Shown here piece after piece: positions 50,419 through 60,386 of a DNA stretch of 64,000 bases. Each line of letters starts with the position of its first letter. The first letter of the stretch is position 1. The notes beneath the pieces are model-generated. The model was not told the DNA's origin, ran no database searches, and was given only the letters and a program-made list of their open reading frames with translations. This DNA comes from a virus (Duplodnaviria; Caudoviricetes), in the IMG/VR virus record IMGVR_UViG_3300028833_000057, positions 32,001 through 96,000 of that record. One strand, given 5' to 3'. The translations under genes and the position numbers were made by a program.

Positions 50419-51303
50419 TTATCTTTTTTGGTATATTGGCTTATATGGTAAATCTCTTGTCTTAAGTAATTGTAAAACATTATCATAGCTTTTACCAGAT
50501 TCTTTGGACATTTGTTTTACTGTTTTATCTGGACTATACCATGTAAGATCTGAATTACGAACCATGCGTACACGCTTATATGGTAGATTAAGGCGTATTA
50601 ATGCATTTCTAATGCATCCTGCTTTGACACCGCTTTGCTTAGCCATTTCAGGAACAGTTTTATTGGCATCATACCACCAAGATAAATCATCATAATTCAA
50701 TGGATCTTTTATTATACCTTGTAGATTATACTTATGAGCTATCGTCCTTACATGTTTCTCACTTATGCATAACGTTTTAGCGATAATATAAGCAGGCTGA
50801 CCTTGCATCTTTATGATTTTATCAGCTAAATCTTTTGATTTAGCATCTTTAATAGATTGCTTTTTCTTGAAATATTCGTCAGATAATCCACTGGATATTA
50901 TTATTTGCCTTATGCTTTCATGAGATAATCCTGCTTTTTCTGCCATTTGGCGCAGAGATAATGTAGGATCATACCATGATGGCTTAGACAATATTTTATG
51001 ATGAACTTCTTTTTTATATGGCAATTTAAGTTCATTCAAGATTGTATATATCGCAGAAGTATACGTTCCAGATATCCTTGCCATTTGGCGAACAGTAAGC
51101 TTTTTATCATACCAGTCTTTCAAATTGGAATCTGCTATTTGTCTTACCTTTTTATAAGGTAAATTTTTGGTTATTAATGTATTATAGATAACCATAGGCT
51201 TTTTACCAGCAGCCTTAGCCATTTCTCTGACTGTCAACTCTGGTGAATACCATATAGGTATTTTTGATGAAACTCTATGATGAATTCGGTTTAAATCTTT
51301 CAT
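50419..51303 (-). CDS. tandem HTH-repeat protein (about 6 repeats)
   Basis: Repeats of WY...T..EM...SG....I...L....LPYK; AAGGAG RBS. Confidence 0.75.
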   Translation of the reverse strand: MKDLNRIHHRVSSKIPIWYSPELTVREMAKAAGKKPMVIYNTLITKNLPYKKVRQIADSNLKDWYDKKLTVRQMARISGTYTSAIYTILNELKLPYKKEVHHKILSKPSWYDPTLSLRQMAEKAGLSHESIRQIIISSGLSDEYFKKKQSIKDAKSKDLADKIIKMQGQPAYIIAKTLCISEKHVRTIAHKYNLQGIIKDPLNYDDLSWWYDANKTVPEMAKQSGVKAGCIRNALIRLNLPYKRVRMVRNSDLTWYSPDKTVKQMSKESGKSYDNVLQLLKTRDLPYKPIYQKR

Positions 51304-51400
51304 AATGGCTCCTTGTTAAAATTATTAAACCATTATTTAATATAAGCAAATTCATAAGAAATTTACAGAAAAATAAAAGACCATACGAAAGTATGGTCTT

Positions 51401-51898
51401 TTATACTGCTTCTCTATTTTCTAATTCCAAAATATAATCTGGTGGAGGATAGAGTGCTTTATATTGCGGTGATGCAAATATTTCTTGCTCTATATCATTC
51501 TTAACTTCTAAGAATATATGTAAGGCTACATGAATATTCTCAAATTTCTTTTTATATTTATATGGATTATGTTTATATTTGTCAGGTATGAATACATTAT
51601 CTTTTATAAATATTAGTAAGAAAGATTCTTTGATAGAATCAGGTAAAGTCCTGAATTCCAATCTATCTGTAGCCTTATCAAGATCTTCATCATAAGATTT
51701 ATAAAAGAAGTCTTCAGAAGATCTAGCTTCAGAAAATATCTCATATACTCTATCAATGACTATATTATTAAATAATTTCATTTCATATTCATCATCTAGG
51801 TTCCAAGCTCTATAATAGCTCTTTCTAACTTCAGGTAGACCATCGCTCTTAGCCATTTCCAAGAGAATATGCTTCATATAGTCTTCTAACATAAACAC
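51401..51898 (-). CDS. hypothetical protein
   Basis: 165-aa ORF in early cassette. Confidence 0.7.
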   Translation of the reverse strand: MFMLEDYMKHILLEMAKSDGLPEVRKSYYRAWNLDDEYEMKLFNNIVIDRVYEIFSEARSSEDFFYKSYDEDLDKATDRLEFRTLPDSIKESFLLIFIKDNVFIPDKYKHNPYKYKKKFENIHVALHIFLEVKNDIEQEIFASPQYKALYPPPDYILELENREAV

Positions 51899-51919
51899 AC
51901 CTACCTTTATGGAAAAGTA

Positions 51920-52210
51920 CTATTTCCAAAATATTAAATAGTGTATATAATTTTTATCTTCTTCCGGTAAATAAAATTCATATTTACAAATTAATGAAAA
52001 TCCTGCAGCTGATAGTTCTTCAATAAACTTACTTTGTTTTGCCTTAGATACATCTACTTCAATTTGTTTTTCACATCTGCAAATTGCTTGTGTGACTTTA
52101 TGTTCGACATATCTGATAAGTGCATTATATGGTTTATCGGCTGGATCTACAGCACTCGCTTTAAGTTCATCATATATTTTAGTTAAAGGCTTCATGCCAA
52201 AATACCCCAT
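51920..52210 (-). CDS. hypothetical protein
   Basis: 96 aa, overlapping upstream gene end. Confidence 0.65.
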   Translation of the reverse strand: MGYFGMKPLTKIYDELKASAVDPADKPYNALIRYVEHKVTQAICRCEKQIEVDVSKAKQSKFIEELSAAGFSLICKYEFYLPEEDKNYIHYLIFWK

Positions 52211-52545
52211 TTATTGTGTAAAAGTTCGTTCATTCTTAAGCCAAAGATTCTATGTAAATTCTCTATTTTGCCATTAGAAGCATACTTCCAAACCTCATGG
52301 CTTAATTTATCCATTTTATCATGGATCTCTTCGTATTCCATTTTATTTAAAGGCTTAGTATCTAAAATATGACCCCAATGCCTAGCTTGCATTCTAAGTA
52401 ATTCACAGTAGTTTGATCTACTACGTTCAATATATTCTTTAGATGATATTAATTTGGTTTCGAGAGTATACAACATATGTCTACAGTCTAGAACTGTCTC
52501 GCAAGTAGCAAATGCATGCTCTAGTTCTTCATCAGTGAATAACAT
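52192..52545 (-). CDS. hypothetical protein
   Basis: 117 aa; AGGAG RBS; TATATTAAA promoter. Confidence 0.75.
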   Translation of the reverse strand: MLFTDEELEHAFATCETVLDCRHMLYTLETKLISSKEYIERSRSNYCELLRMQARHWGHILDTKPLNKMEYEEIHDKMDKLSHEVWKYASNGKIENLHRIFGLRMNELLHNKWGILA

Positions 52546-52618
52546 AATTGCTCCTAATTTCAGTATTTAATATAAAAAATAAAACGGTATTCCATATGGA
52601 ATACCGTCTTATTTGGTT

Positions 52619-52873
52619 TTAGGATTCGTCTTTTCTTTTAAGTATAACTTCAGACTCATGTGTATCATCTAAGCACTTCTTTTCGCCATCATATCGTGCC
52701 ATTTCAGCAAGATGGAGATTAAGCTCAAAAAGTTTATCATACTGGCGTTTCTGGCTATTTAGTAAGGTTTTATAAATATCGGCCCATCTTTTCCAGTAAA
52801 TTGTACTCATTAGTAATAATGCTGCTGTAAATGCAAGGAAGATAATTATAATAACTAATTGTAAATTATTCAT
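52619..52873 (-). CDS. small membrane-anchored protein
   Basis: N-terminal TM helix followed by coiled coil; start MNNLQ overlaps upstream stop. Confidence 0.7.
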   Translation of the reverse strand: MNNLQLVIIIIFLAFTAALLLMSTIYWKRWADIYKTLLNSQKRQYDKLFELNLHLAEMARYDGEKKCLDDTHESEVILKRKDES

Positions 52874-53381
52874 TTTGTTTTTCTTCTTTTTCAAATTTTT
52901 CTTTTAGTCTAAGGTAAGTCTTATACTCTGTTGCTCTTTTTCTTTCTTCATTCGCTTTATCAAGCATATTTTTATGGCGTTGTCTCTCTGCTTCTACACG
53001 CTCAAGAGTATCAATCCATCGTTTCTTAATTTCTAATAATTCTATATTACTATATTTCGAAAAGCGAGATATCATTAAATACATATCTTCATCGTCAGAA
53101 CTATCTATGTCTATATTATCATCTGCACTGGTGACATGTACTATAAAATAGTCTTCGCCTTTGGTAACTGTTTTCTTTAAGCGCTTAAAAGCACGAATTT
53201 CATCTAATGTAGTACTATCTGCTTGGCTAATACCTAACCCTGCCAACCATTGATCTATTATCATACTATATTTTACAAATATATCATCTGCTGTCATAAT
53301 ATTGGTGATATATTTTATTTTTTCTTCAAGAGCTTTATATGCTTCTTGAAATAATTTTTCTATTTCTGCAAAATCTCGCAT
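52866..53381 (-). CDS. hypothetical protein
   Basis: 171 aa, coupled in operon. Confidence 0.7.
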   Translation of the reverse strand: MRDFAEIEKLFQEAYKALEEKIKYITNIMTADDIFVKYSMIIDQWLAGLGISQADSTTLDEIRAFKRLKKTVTKGEDYFIVHVTSADDNIDIDSSDDEDMYLMISRFSKYSNIELLEIKKRWIDTLERVEAERQRHKNMLDKANEERKRATEYKTYLRLKEKFEKEEKQNE

Positions 53382-53827
53382 AGTAAGTAGTCCGGTTCAG
53401 TTAGTTTTATATATCCATCGTATCTATGGGCATCATCGCAATCACCCTTTGTGATACTCAAAGATGTTATTTCTTTAATACTGCTTAGAATTCTATCCTT
53501 TAAATATTTTGAAATTTGGCGATATTCAAAGTAGAAATTATCAGTACAATTATATGCTTTACTATCTACATCCAATCTAAATCCACCATCAAACGGAAGG
53601 AAGTTTATCCTATTCTCTGAAGCATAAGGCTTAGTTTTAAAATTAATAACAATTCTTATCTTCAGGAATTTTAAGACCCTGTCGCTATGTCCAGCAATGT
53701 AATCTTCTATATCTTTTATACACTTAGGAATTAGTTTGCATGTTTCGTCTACTTCTTTCTTTATCATCTCAAATCTTGTCTTATGCTTTTCTTTATAGTT
53801 TTCTACAAGCCTTTCTTCTATAGTCAT
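53360..53827 (-). CDS. hypothetical protein
   Basis: 155 aa; AGGAG RBS. Confidence 0.75.
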   Translation of the reverse strand: MTIEERLVENYKEKHKTRFEMIKKEVDETCKLIPKCIKDIEDYIAGHSDRVLKFLKIRIVINFKTKPYASENRINFLPFDGGFRLDVDSKAYNCTDNFYFEYRQISKYLKDRILSSIKEITSLSITKGDCDDAHRYDGYIKLTEPDYLLCEILQK

Positions 53828-53838
53828 ACTATCTCCTA

Positions 53839-54267
53839 TTAGTCACTATATAAACATTTTTGTACAACTTTATCGCCAAATCTTATTTCATTATCAAGCG
53901 GTGTTGGTGGTAATTCTATCCAGAATTCTATATCGTCACGTCGTATATCATTATGCTCATCATCAGTTAAATATGTATATACTGCACCATCACCGCCTTC
54001 ATCATTAAGACCAAAGCCTTCAATATGCTCGCCATCTTTATTAATTATAAGGAAATGATGTACATCCCATCCATCGATAGCATCATAGATATCTTCTTCT
54101 TTTTGTCTATGCCAAAACTTTTTAGCTAGCTCTTCTTTAAGTTCTTCTATAGCTTCTTTGACATCTTTATTATCTATTTTGAGATCGTCTACTTTAAATG
54201 TAACTTTATGCTCAGCATAAAATTCTCTAACAGACTTAGCTTCTCTAGTTGTAATTACAGTATGCAT
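53839..54267 (-). CDS. hypothetical protein (MHT-type paralogue)
   Basis: 142 aa; AAGGAGG RBS; promoter directly upstream. Confidence 0.75.
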   Translation of the reverse strand: MHTVITTREAKSVREFYAEHKVTFKVDDLKIDNKDVKEAIEELKEELAKKFWHRQKEEDIYDAIDGWDVHHFLIINKDGEHIEGFGLNDEGGDGAVYTYLTDDEHNDIRRDDIEFWIELPPTPLDNEIRFGDKVVQKCLYSD

Positions 54268-54293
54268 ATATCCTCCTTATGCTTAATTTCTTA

Positions 54294-54328
54294 TTTTAAT
54301 ATAAAAAATAAAAAGCCCCGAAGGGCTT
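54294..54328 (-). repeat. terminator+promoter cassette junction (AAGCCC-TTCG-GGGCTT...TATATTAAA)
   Basis: Same UUCG hairpin recurs near 56126, 60370 and 62011, with a one-mismatch copy near 59001. Confidence 0.8.
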
Positions 54329-54330
54329 GA

Positions 54331-54906
54331 TTATAATACCGCATGACTAAATTTTTTCTTAAAAGGTAAATTCCTATTCCTTAAATATCCATATATACAC
54401 TGTTCGGATAAACCAGACAGATAAGACATTTCGCTTAAATCTCTATCTGGAGAATACCATTTGCCTATTTCTATATCATGATCTTTTAATCTAAAATATT
54501 CTAACTTATGCTTATTTAAAAATGATTTAACATTAACCATAGGTATGCCTGACAAGAGACTCATTTCTTGTATCGTTAAATTCTTATTATAGAATTTAAT
54601 AAATTCATCGAATGAATACCTTTTAAATATATGATAACCTGACGGTCGTTGACATTTTTTATAATGCAATTTACTACTTCGCAATATATGATAAACCACA
54701 TCATAAGATAAACCAGATATAGCAGACATTTCATATATGGTTTTATTTTTATCGTACCATTCAGGTATTGATTTCTTTTTCTTATAGCTTTTACATTTTA
54801 AATTTAGTTTATTAAGATAATATGATATTGCGGTACGACATAATCCAGCTTTTTCAGACATTTCTCTTATAGTAAGCTCTGGATTATACCACTCTGGAAT
54901 ATCCAT
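54331..54906 (-). CDS. tandem HTH-repeat protein (4 repeats)
   Basis: IPEWY repeats; AGGAGGT RBS; colinear paralogue of 60387..60962. Confidence 0.8.
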   Translation of the reverse strand: MDIPEWYNPELTIREMSEKAGLCRTAISYYLNKLNLKCKSYKKKKSIPEWYDKNKTIYEMSAISGLSYDVVYHILRSSKLHYKKCQRPSGYHIFKRYSFDEFIKFYNKNLTIQEMSLLSGIPMVNVKSFLNKHKLEYFRLKDHDIEIGKWYSPDRDLSEMSYLSGLSEQCIYGYLRNRNLPFKKKFSHAVL

Positions 54907-55009
54907 ATAAACCTCCTATGCTAATGATTTACGAATATTCATTATTTAATATATATCGCGGTATATAGAAAATACGAAAAATAAAAAAGCGGCATTCCAG
55001 CCGCTAGAA

Positions 55010-56041
55010 TTATTTTGATCTGGCAAATACATGCTTAAAAAGAACTTCTGGATGGTTGATGTATAACCACCTTTCCATATTTTTATATCCGATACGGCAG
55101 ATCTTGGCGAATTTTTCAATCGTCATATCCTTATTCCAGAAAGATGCAAATTTATCTGGAACTTCAGAAAGATGATCTTTGAGTCTTCGCTTTTTCTTTA
55201 TCCAAAGTTTATCTGGGTGGTACTTTCTGAGCCAGTCTCTTACTGACGTAGGATTTGCCCCAATAAGATCACTATATTCTTTAATAGACATACCATCGTG
55301 CCAATGCTTCTGAAAATTTTCTTCGCTATTTTTATAGTTTCTATTACCATATCTTTTTTCTGGATGATATTTTGACATCCATTTATATACAGATACGACA
55401 CTAGCCCCTATAATATCGGCATATTCTTCATAAGTCATGAGGTCATTCCAGTATTTCTGAAAATTTTCTTCACTATTAATAACATCGGCCTTACCCTTTT
55501 TAAATTTTAAATTATGTCTTCTTAATAGTGCACCAAGAGTACGAAGTTTAATTCTAGATTCCTTTGCCATTTGATCAAGTGTTTTATTTGGATGATACCA
55601 CTCGCCAACCTCAAAAGTATTTTTATCTTTTACTTTCTTAAAAGGTAAATTTCTAGAAGTTAGAATCTTTCTAACTTGGCTATTGCTTAACTCAGATATC
55701 TTAACCATTTCCAAGATAGTACAATCCTTGTTATACCACTCAGGAATATCTTGTAGCGACTCTTGGCGAATATCATCAGCAGTCTTAAATTTTAAATTAA
55801 GATGCTTTAATAACGGATATATAGTGGTAACTCCTATCCCAGTCTCTTGAGACATTTGCGTAACGGTTTTATTGGGATCATATACTCGCTTAATATCTTC
55901 GCAGTGTTTATCTATTAGATGCTTATACTTTAGATTTCTTTTAAATATAAATTGTCTTATATTATGCTCAGAAATTCCAGCGCTTTCTGCCATCTGTCTA
56001 ATGGTTTTATTGGAATCATACCATTCTGGTAAAATGTTCAC
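55010..56041 (-). CDS. tandem HTH-repeat protein (7 repeats)
   Basis: Four PEWY-type plus three FQKYW-type repeats; AAGGAG RBS before GTG at 56041. Confidence 0.8.
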   Translation of the reverse strand: MNILPEWYDSNKTIRQMAESAGISEHNIRQFIFKRNLKYKHLIDKHCEDIKRVYDPNKTVTQMSQETGIGVTTIYPLLKHLNLKFKTADDIRQESLQDIPEWYNKDCTILEMVKISELSNSQVRKILTSRNLPFKKVKDKNTFEVGEWYHPNKTLDQMAKESRIKLRTLGALLRRHNLKFKKGKADVINSEENFQKYWNDLMTYEEYADIIGASVVSVYKWMSKYHPEKRYGNRNYKNSEENFQKHWHDGMSIKEYSDLIGANPTSVRDWLRKYHPDKLWIKKKRRLKDHLSEVPDKFASFWNKDMTIEKFAKICRIGYKNMERWLYINHPEVLFKHVFARSK

Positions 56042-56077
56042 GATTAGGCTCCTTGTTAGATGCAATAACATTATCGC

Positions 56078-56141
56078 ATCATTATTTAATATATGCTGTG
56101 GTACATAGAAAATACGAAAAAATAAAAGCCCCGAAGGGCTT
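56078..56141 (-). repeat. terminator+promoter cassette junction
   Basis: About 45 bp nearly identical (one mismatch) to 56478-56522, followed by the GCCCCGAAGGGC hairpin. Confidence 0.8.
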
Positions 56142-56172
56142 GATATAGAACTAATATTTTATAAAATATCTT

Positions 56173-56442
56173 TTACAGTAGGAAGGATGGCAACGCATTA
56201 GATTCAATCTTATAAGATATTTTTTGTGAATTTGGTGAATAGCATTTCATTACCGTCATCTCTGAGGATGAACTTAGTTTCTTGCATTTTATCTCTATTT
56301 CTATACAACAATTGTTATTGAAACTTACATTAGCTGAAACGATAGATATATCATTCCCAAGATTCTTTACTTCTTCTATAAATGCTTTCTTTTCTTGAAG
56401 AATGTCATTCGTAGCTTTAAGTAAAGGATTATTTTTGTTCAT
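56173..56442 (-). CDS. hypothetical protein
   Basis: 89 aa; AAGGAG RBS; single-gene cassette. Confidence 0.7.
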   Translation of the reverse strand: MNKNNPLLKATNDILQEKKAFIEEVKNLGNDISIVSANVSFNNNCCIEIEIKCKKLSSSSEMTVMKCYSPNSQKISYKIESNALPSFLL

Positions 56443-56607
56443 AATGGCTCCTTTAATAGATACAACGGAATTGTTGTATCATTATTTAATATATGCTGTG
56501 TTACATAGAAAATACGAAAAAAAAGACGTAGGTTTTGAAACCCCCTACGTCCATGCCACTTCCGTTCCTAAGGGCATTCTCTGCTCTGACCCATATTGGA
56601 AACTTGA

Positions 56608-56811
56608 TTACTCAAGCAGAGCAATGGTTTCTTGAGGAAGTCTACAGTTATAAAGCTCATCAGTCTTAAGGATTCCGCAATACTTGTAGAACCACCAGAA
56701 GATCTTTTTATATACATATACTATATGATAAATTCTACGGTCAATTTCATGGCTATCGTCAATATACCACTTATATTTACTGGCTATTGGTTGTATTCTC
56801 GGAATCTTCAT
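56608..56811 (-). CDS. small hypothetical protein
   Basis: 67 aa; AAGGA RBS. Confidence 0.6.
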   Translation of the reverse strand: MKIPRIQPIASKYKWYIDDSHEIDRRIYHIVYVYKKIFWWFYKYCGILKTDELYNCRLPQETIALLE

Positions 56812-56830
56812 TGTAGACTTCCTTAAAGAT

Positions 56831-57406
56831 TTATTCGTCTTTAGTATGTAAGATAAAACTTACTGTATTAAGATACTGTGATACTGTAGGTAAGCCTATA
56901 ATGCTACGGATAATCTGCATGAAGTTACAAATGTCTTTAAGACCTACAACTGCACGGAATCCTTCGTGAGCACTATTTTTGGATTCGAAGATTAACCCAT
57001 GGCAACTATTCTTGCTATTTTCTACGGAAATTCTTAAGTCACCATACTGTAAAGGTGCAGGTTCTTTAATTTCCCTGATATCTATACAATCTAATTGCTT
57101 ACAATAATCAAATAGATTATAGAAGAATGTCTCATTAGAAGCCCAAGGGATTTCCATAAGCATTGCAGGACCTTCTTCTGCATTATTGATAAAGCATAAG
57201 GCATCATATGTATCATCGCCTTTGGCAAATGCCAAAGAACAGTTAGTGGGTACATACCATTCTTTATCTTTATATATCATATCATATGCAAATTGCGTAA
57301 AGTCTACGCCTTTATTGCCATCAGGTTGAACTGATTTAGTATTATAAATATAACCAAGCCTGAAGTTACAGGTCTTGGCTCTTTGCGTGTTTTGTCTTGT
57401 TGTCAT
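56831..57406 (-). CDS. hypothetical protein
   Basis: GAGGT RBS before MTTRQ; ORF track begins at 57427. Confidence 0.65.
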   Translation of the reverse strand: MTTRQNTQRAKTCNFRLGYIYNTKSVQPDGNKGVDFTQFAYDMIYKDKEWYVPTNCSLAFAKGDDTYDALCFINNAEEGPAMLMEIPWASNETFFYNLFDYCKQLDCIDIREIKEPAPLQYGDLRISVENSKNSCHGLIFESKNSAHEGFRAVVGLKDICNFMQIIRSIIGLPTVSQYLNTVSFILHTKDE

Positions 57407-57539
57407 TAATAACCTCATCTGTTTCATTTAAAGTCTTATTACATTTTTCTATAACACTATCTCCAAAAATTATCTTTTCAAATATAATATAGAATTTCTC
57501 TAATAAGTAATCTATAGGATTATAATAACTTCTAGCCAT
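57366..57539 (-). CDS. small hypothetical protein
   Basis: MARSYY start immediately follows the upstream stop. Confidence 0.45.
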   Translation of the reverse strand: MARSYYNPIDYLLEKFYIIFEKIIFGDSVIEKCNKTLNETDEVINDNKTKHAKSQDL

Positions 57540-57540
57540 T

Positions 57541-58329
57541 TTAGAATCCCGTTTGTGCGGATATATAGTGAATCGGTTTACCCTTAGAGGTTCCAACGAT
57601 TTCTACATAGTAGTCTTCATATTCTTGGCTATATTTAATATATGCAAAGCCTGTAAAGTCTTCTATGACAGTACCTTGGGCCTTTGTAGGTCTCTTCTCT
57701 ATATACCATGCGTTTACATCACAGACACAGACCTTAGCTGCATCTGCACAAAATTCTCCAACTGGTTTCTTGGTATCGTAATCAAACAGAGTACAAGACC
57801 AATCACCATATACTGTAGTTTGGAGAATGAAGCATTCTAAGTTTGCATCATATTCGTCTATATCTTCCTTAAGGATATAACATGGATCTGTAATAGCTAT
57901 ATCCTTATGGGAGAATTCTTGATATTTATCAGTTAGACCTTTCTTACGGTCTTCCTGAAGCACTTCATATCCAATCATTTTCCAATAGGTAGCCGCTGCA
58001 TCATAAATATGCCATTTAAGGAATTCTTCTGGATTCCAAGAATAATAGGTAGTATCTTCCTTAGTAACAAGATGTTTGCTATGCCTTAATTCCGTTTGAG
58101 GAACTTTTAAGGCAAGGTTCATACATTCGCTATATCTACGGAATAATTCTACATTTCCCAGCTTAAAATGAATGGGCTTTGCTAAATTCTTAGCTTCTTG
58201 AAATTCTTCTTTCTTTTCAGCATAATAGATATATCTCGGAACTGGCTTCCCTTCTTTCTCTAATCTTTCTCTAATTCTAGATTCTACACAGTTTGCCATA
58301 TCATATCCTATTTGACTGTAATGTGCCAT
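57541..58329 (-). CDS. hypothetical phage protein
   Basis: 262 aa; ITDPCY...YGDWSC...GEFCADAAKVCV motif-like segment; function unknown. Confidence 0.75.
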   Translation of the reverse strand: MAHYSQIGYDMANCVESRIRERLEKEGKPVPRYIYYAEKKEEFQEAKNLAKPIHFKLGNVELFRRYSECMNLALKVPQTELRHSKHLVTKEDTTYYSWNPEEFLKWHIYDAAATYWKMIGYEVLQEDRKKGLTDKYQEFSHKDIAITDPCYILKEDIDEYDANLECFILQTTVYGDWSCTLFDYDTKKPVGEFCADAAKVCVCDVNAWYIEKRPTKAQGTVIEDFTGFAYIKYSQEYEDYYVEIVGTSKGKPIHYISAQTGF

Positions 58330-58955
58330 TTATATGGTTTATAACAACACAGGTTTTCATCTTCTAAGGGTTGCTCTTCTACAACACATTCTTGAATGCC
58401 TTTATTGTTCATAGATAAAATGATAGCATTTATAAATTGCGTTAAGATGATTTTTATGATTGCTTCTTCTTCAATCATAAAATCTGGAACGAAAAACCCT
58501 AGGACTATACTATCCGGCATGTATTCTTCCATTTCCACACATTCATCTTGCTCATTATAAATACTAGGGTATGGTTCTAAGTATAGAACGCTATGAGATC
58601 CATTTATGCTATAATGACAAAGAACGATGTTAAATGAATGGAATTCATTATTATTGGCGATAGCATTAAGCCTGTCTGCTATATACCTAGCTGTATTTTC
58701 CGTCATCATATTCTTTACAAATAAATGCAGAAAACTATCACCTAGGTTTCTATTGAAATTATTAACATCATGGCAATAGTTGAAAATATCTTCATAATTA
58801 ATTTGGTCTGTCATAAGCTTGGACTCTCAAAGTGCTTGCTTTGCAAAGTCATTAAGTACGCATGGATTAATCTGGTCAGCATCGAAAGTGATTCTATATT
58901 CTTCTATAAACTCTTGTGTGCCTTCAATACGTTTAGTACTAATTAAAGTGTGCAT
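58308..58955 (-). pseudogene. MHT-type paralogue interrupted by a single in-frame TGA (or two small genes: 58827-58955 and 58308-58814)
   Basis: ATG at 58955 with GGAG RBS gives MHTLISTK..., in frame with the 168-aa ORF across one TGA at 58827-58829. Confidence 0.5.
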
Positions 58956-59020
58956 AGATTCTCCGTGGATGTATTCGCTTAATTTAATATAAAAAAATAA
59001 AAGCCACGAAGGGCTTGATA

Positions 59021-59803
59021 TTATAATACTGTAAATTTATTCTTAATTCTAGCATACGATAAATTACGTCTGTATAAAAGAGCATATAGATCTGCTAAAC
59101 TTATTCCAGATTCAAAAGACATTTCTTCAGCAGTCTTATTAGGCGAATACCATTCTCCTATGAGAAAATCTTTATATATTTTCCGATATTTAAGATGATG
59201 TCCATTTAAGAAGCTTCTCACTTTTTTCTCTGGAATTTTTGATAAAAGACTGATTTCTTTAACGGTTAAATTTTCATTGTAGTATTGCATAAAGTTATGT
59301 ATATTATATTGCCTTTTATGTAATTTTTTACTTACAGTTGTTTTATATTTGTAAGATAAATTTAATCGCTTTAGAATTACGCTAATACGTGAATAACTCT
59401 TTCCCGCTTTATCTGCCATTTCTTGAATTGTACTATTAGGGTCATACCATTCTGGGATATCTGTCCTAGCTACTGATTTAACAGCTATTTTTTGAATTTT
59501 GCTATTATGGTCATACAATTTCACAATATCTGCCCTAGCTTCGTTGGCATGTTTGTATTTAAGCTTATGTCCAAGTAGATAATTTCTAATTGTACCTTTA
59601 CTTTTACCACTAATAGTTGCCATTCCAGCTATAGTAAAATCTTCATTATACCACTCTGGAATATCTGCCTTAGATCCTCTGACATGTTTGTAATTAAGCT
59701 TATGTTTTAGCAAGTATTTTCTAATCGCATATATGCTCTTACCACCGATAGATGCCATTTCTTTTACAGTATAATCTTCATCGTACCACTCGGGAATATT
59801 CAT
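59021..59803 (-). CDS. tandem HTH-repeat protein (5 repeats plus a partial)
   Basis: IPEWY repeats; AGGAGGT RBS. Confidence 0.8.
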   Translation of the reverse strand: MNIPEWYDEDYTVKEMASIGGKSIYAIRKYLLKHKLNYKHVRGSKADIPEWYNEDFTIAGMATISGKSKGTIRNYLLGHKLKYKHANEARADIVKLYDHNSKIQKIAVKSVARTDIPEWYDPNSTIQEMADKAGKSYSRISVILKRLNLSYKYKTTVSKKLHKRQYNIHNFMQYYNENLTVKEISLLSKIPEKKVRSFLNGHHLKYRKIYKDFLIGEWYSPNKTAEEMSFESGISLADLYALLYRRNLSYARIKNKFTVL

Positions 59804-59910
59804 CTTAAACCTCCTAAATGTTAATGTCTATGAATATCCATTATTTAATATATGAGAAGATAATTTTAAAGTACGAAAAAAAAAAGACCTACATTGTGTA
59901 GGTCTTTTAT

Positions 59911-60285
59911 TTAGCATATAGCATTTATTGCTTTATTCAGGTCATTAATTTTTCCATTATCATCAAGATCCTGATCATTCATTATTGACAAAATTTCATC
60001 CATCTTACGTTGCTTGTAGCCGAGATTCTTATTCTGGAATATTTTTGCCTTTAATTCATAATCCTCCCTTTTTAAAATATTCATACAATTATTTAGAGCG
60101 GACTCCAAATACTTCTCATGATAGATGTCTTCAAGTTTTTGCTTATTTTCAAGCATTTTAGCTTGACAAACAAGCATTTCGTCTTGGATTTTTATTTTCT
60201 TATCCATCGTCTTTACCAGACGCACTGTTGCAATGATTAGAGCACCCATAGCTCCAATACAAATAGGAATGAGATATTCTACCAT
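59911..60285 (-). CDS. membrane-anchored coiled-coil protein
   Basis: AAGGAG RBS before MVEYL; N-terminal TM helix. Confidence 0.7.
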   Translation of the reverse strand: MVEYLIPICIGAMGALIIATVRLVKTMDKKIKIQDEMLVCQAKMLENKQKLEDIYHEKYLESALNNCMNILKREDYELKAKIFQNKNLGYKQRKMDEILSIMNDQDLDDNGKINDLNKAINAIC

Positions 60286-60327
60286 AATGGCTCCTTTGTT
60301 ATAATGTAACTTAATTGTTACATCATG

Positions 60328-60365
60328 ATTTAATATATAGCGTGGGTCATAGAATTTACGAAAAA
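60328..60365 (-). repeat. 38-bp direct repeat (promoter unit), copy 1
   Basis: ATTTAATATATAGCGTGGGTCATAGAATTTACGAAAAA identical at 60999-61036. Confidence 0.9.
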
Positions 60366-60386
60366 TAAAAAGCCCCGAAGGGCTTA

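Noticed and set aside
58827-58829. Genome-wide TGA-to-Trp recoding
   Set aside because: Long genes are intact under the standard code, use TGG for Trp, and several (E2, deaminase, 343-aa gene) end at TGA right beside the next gene
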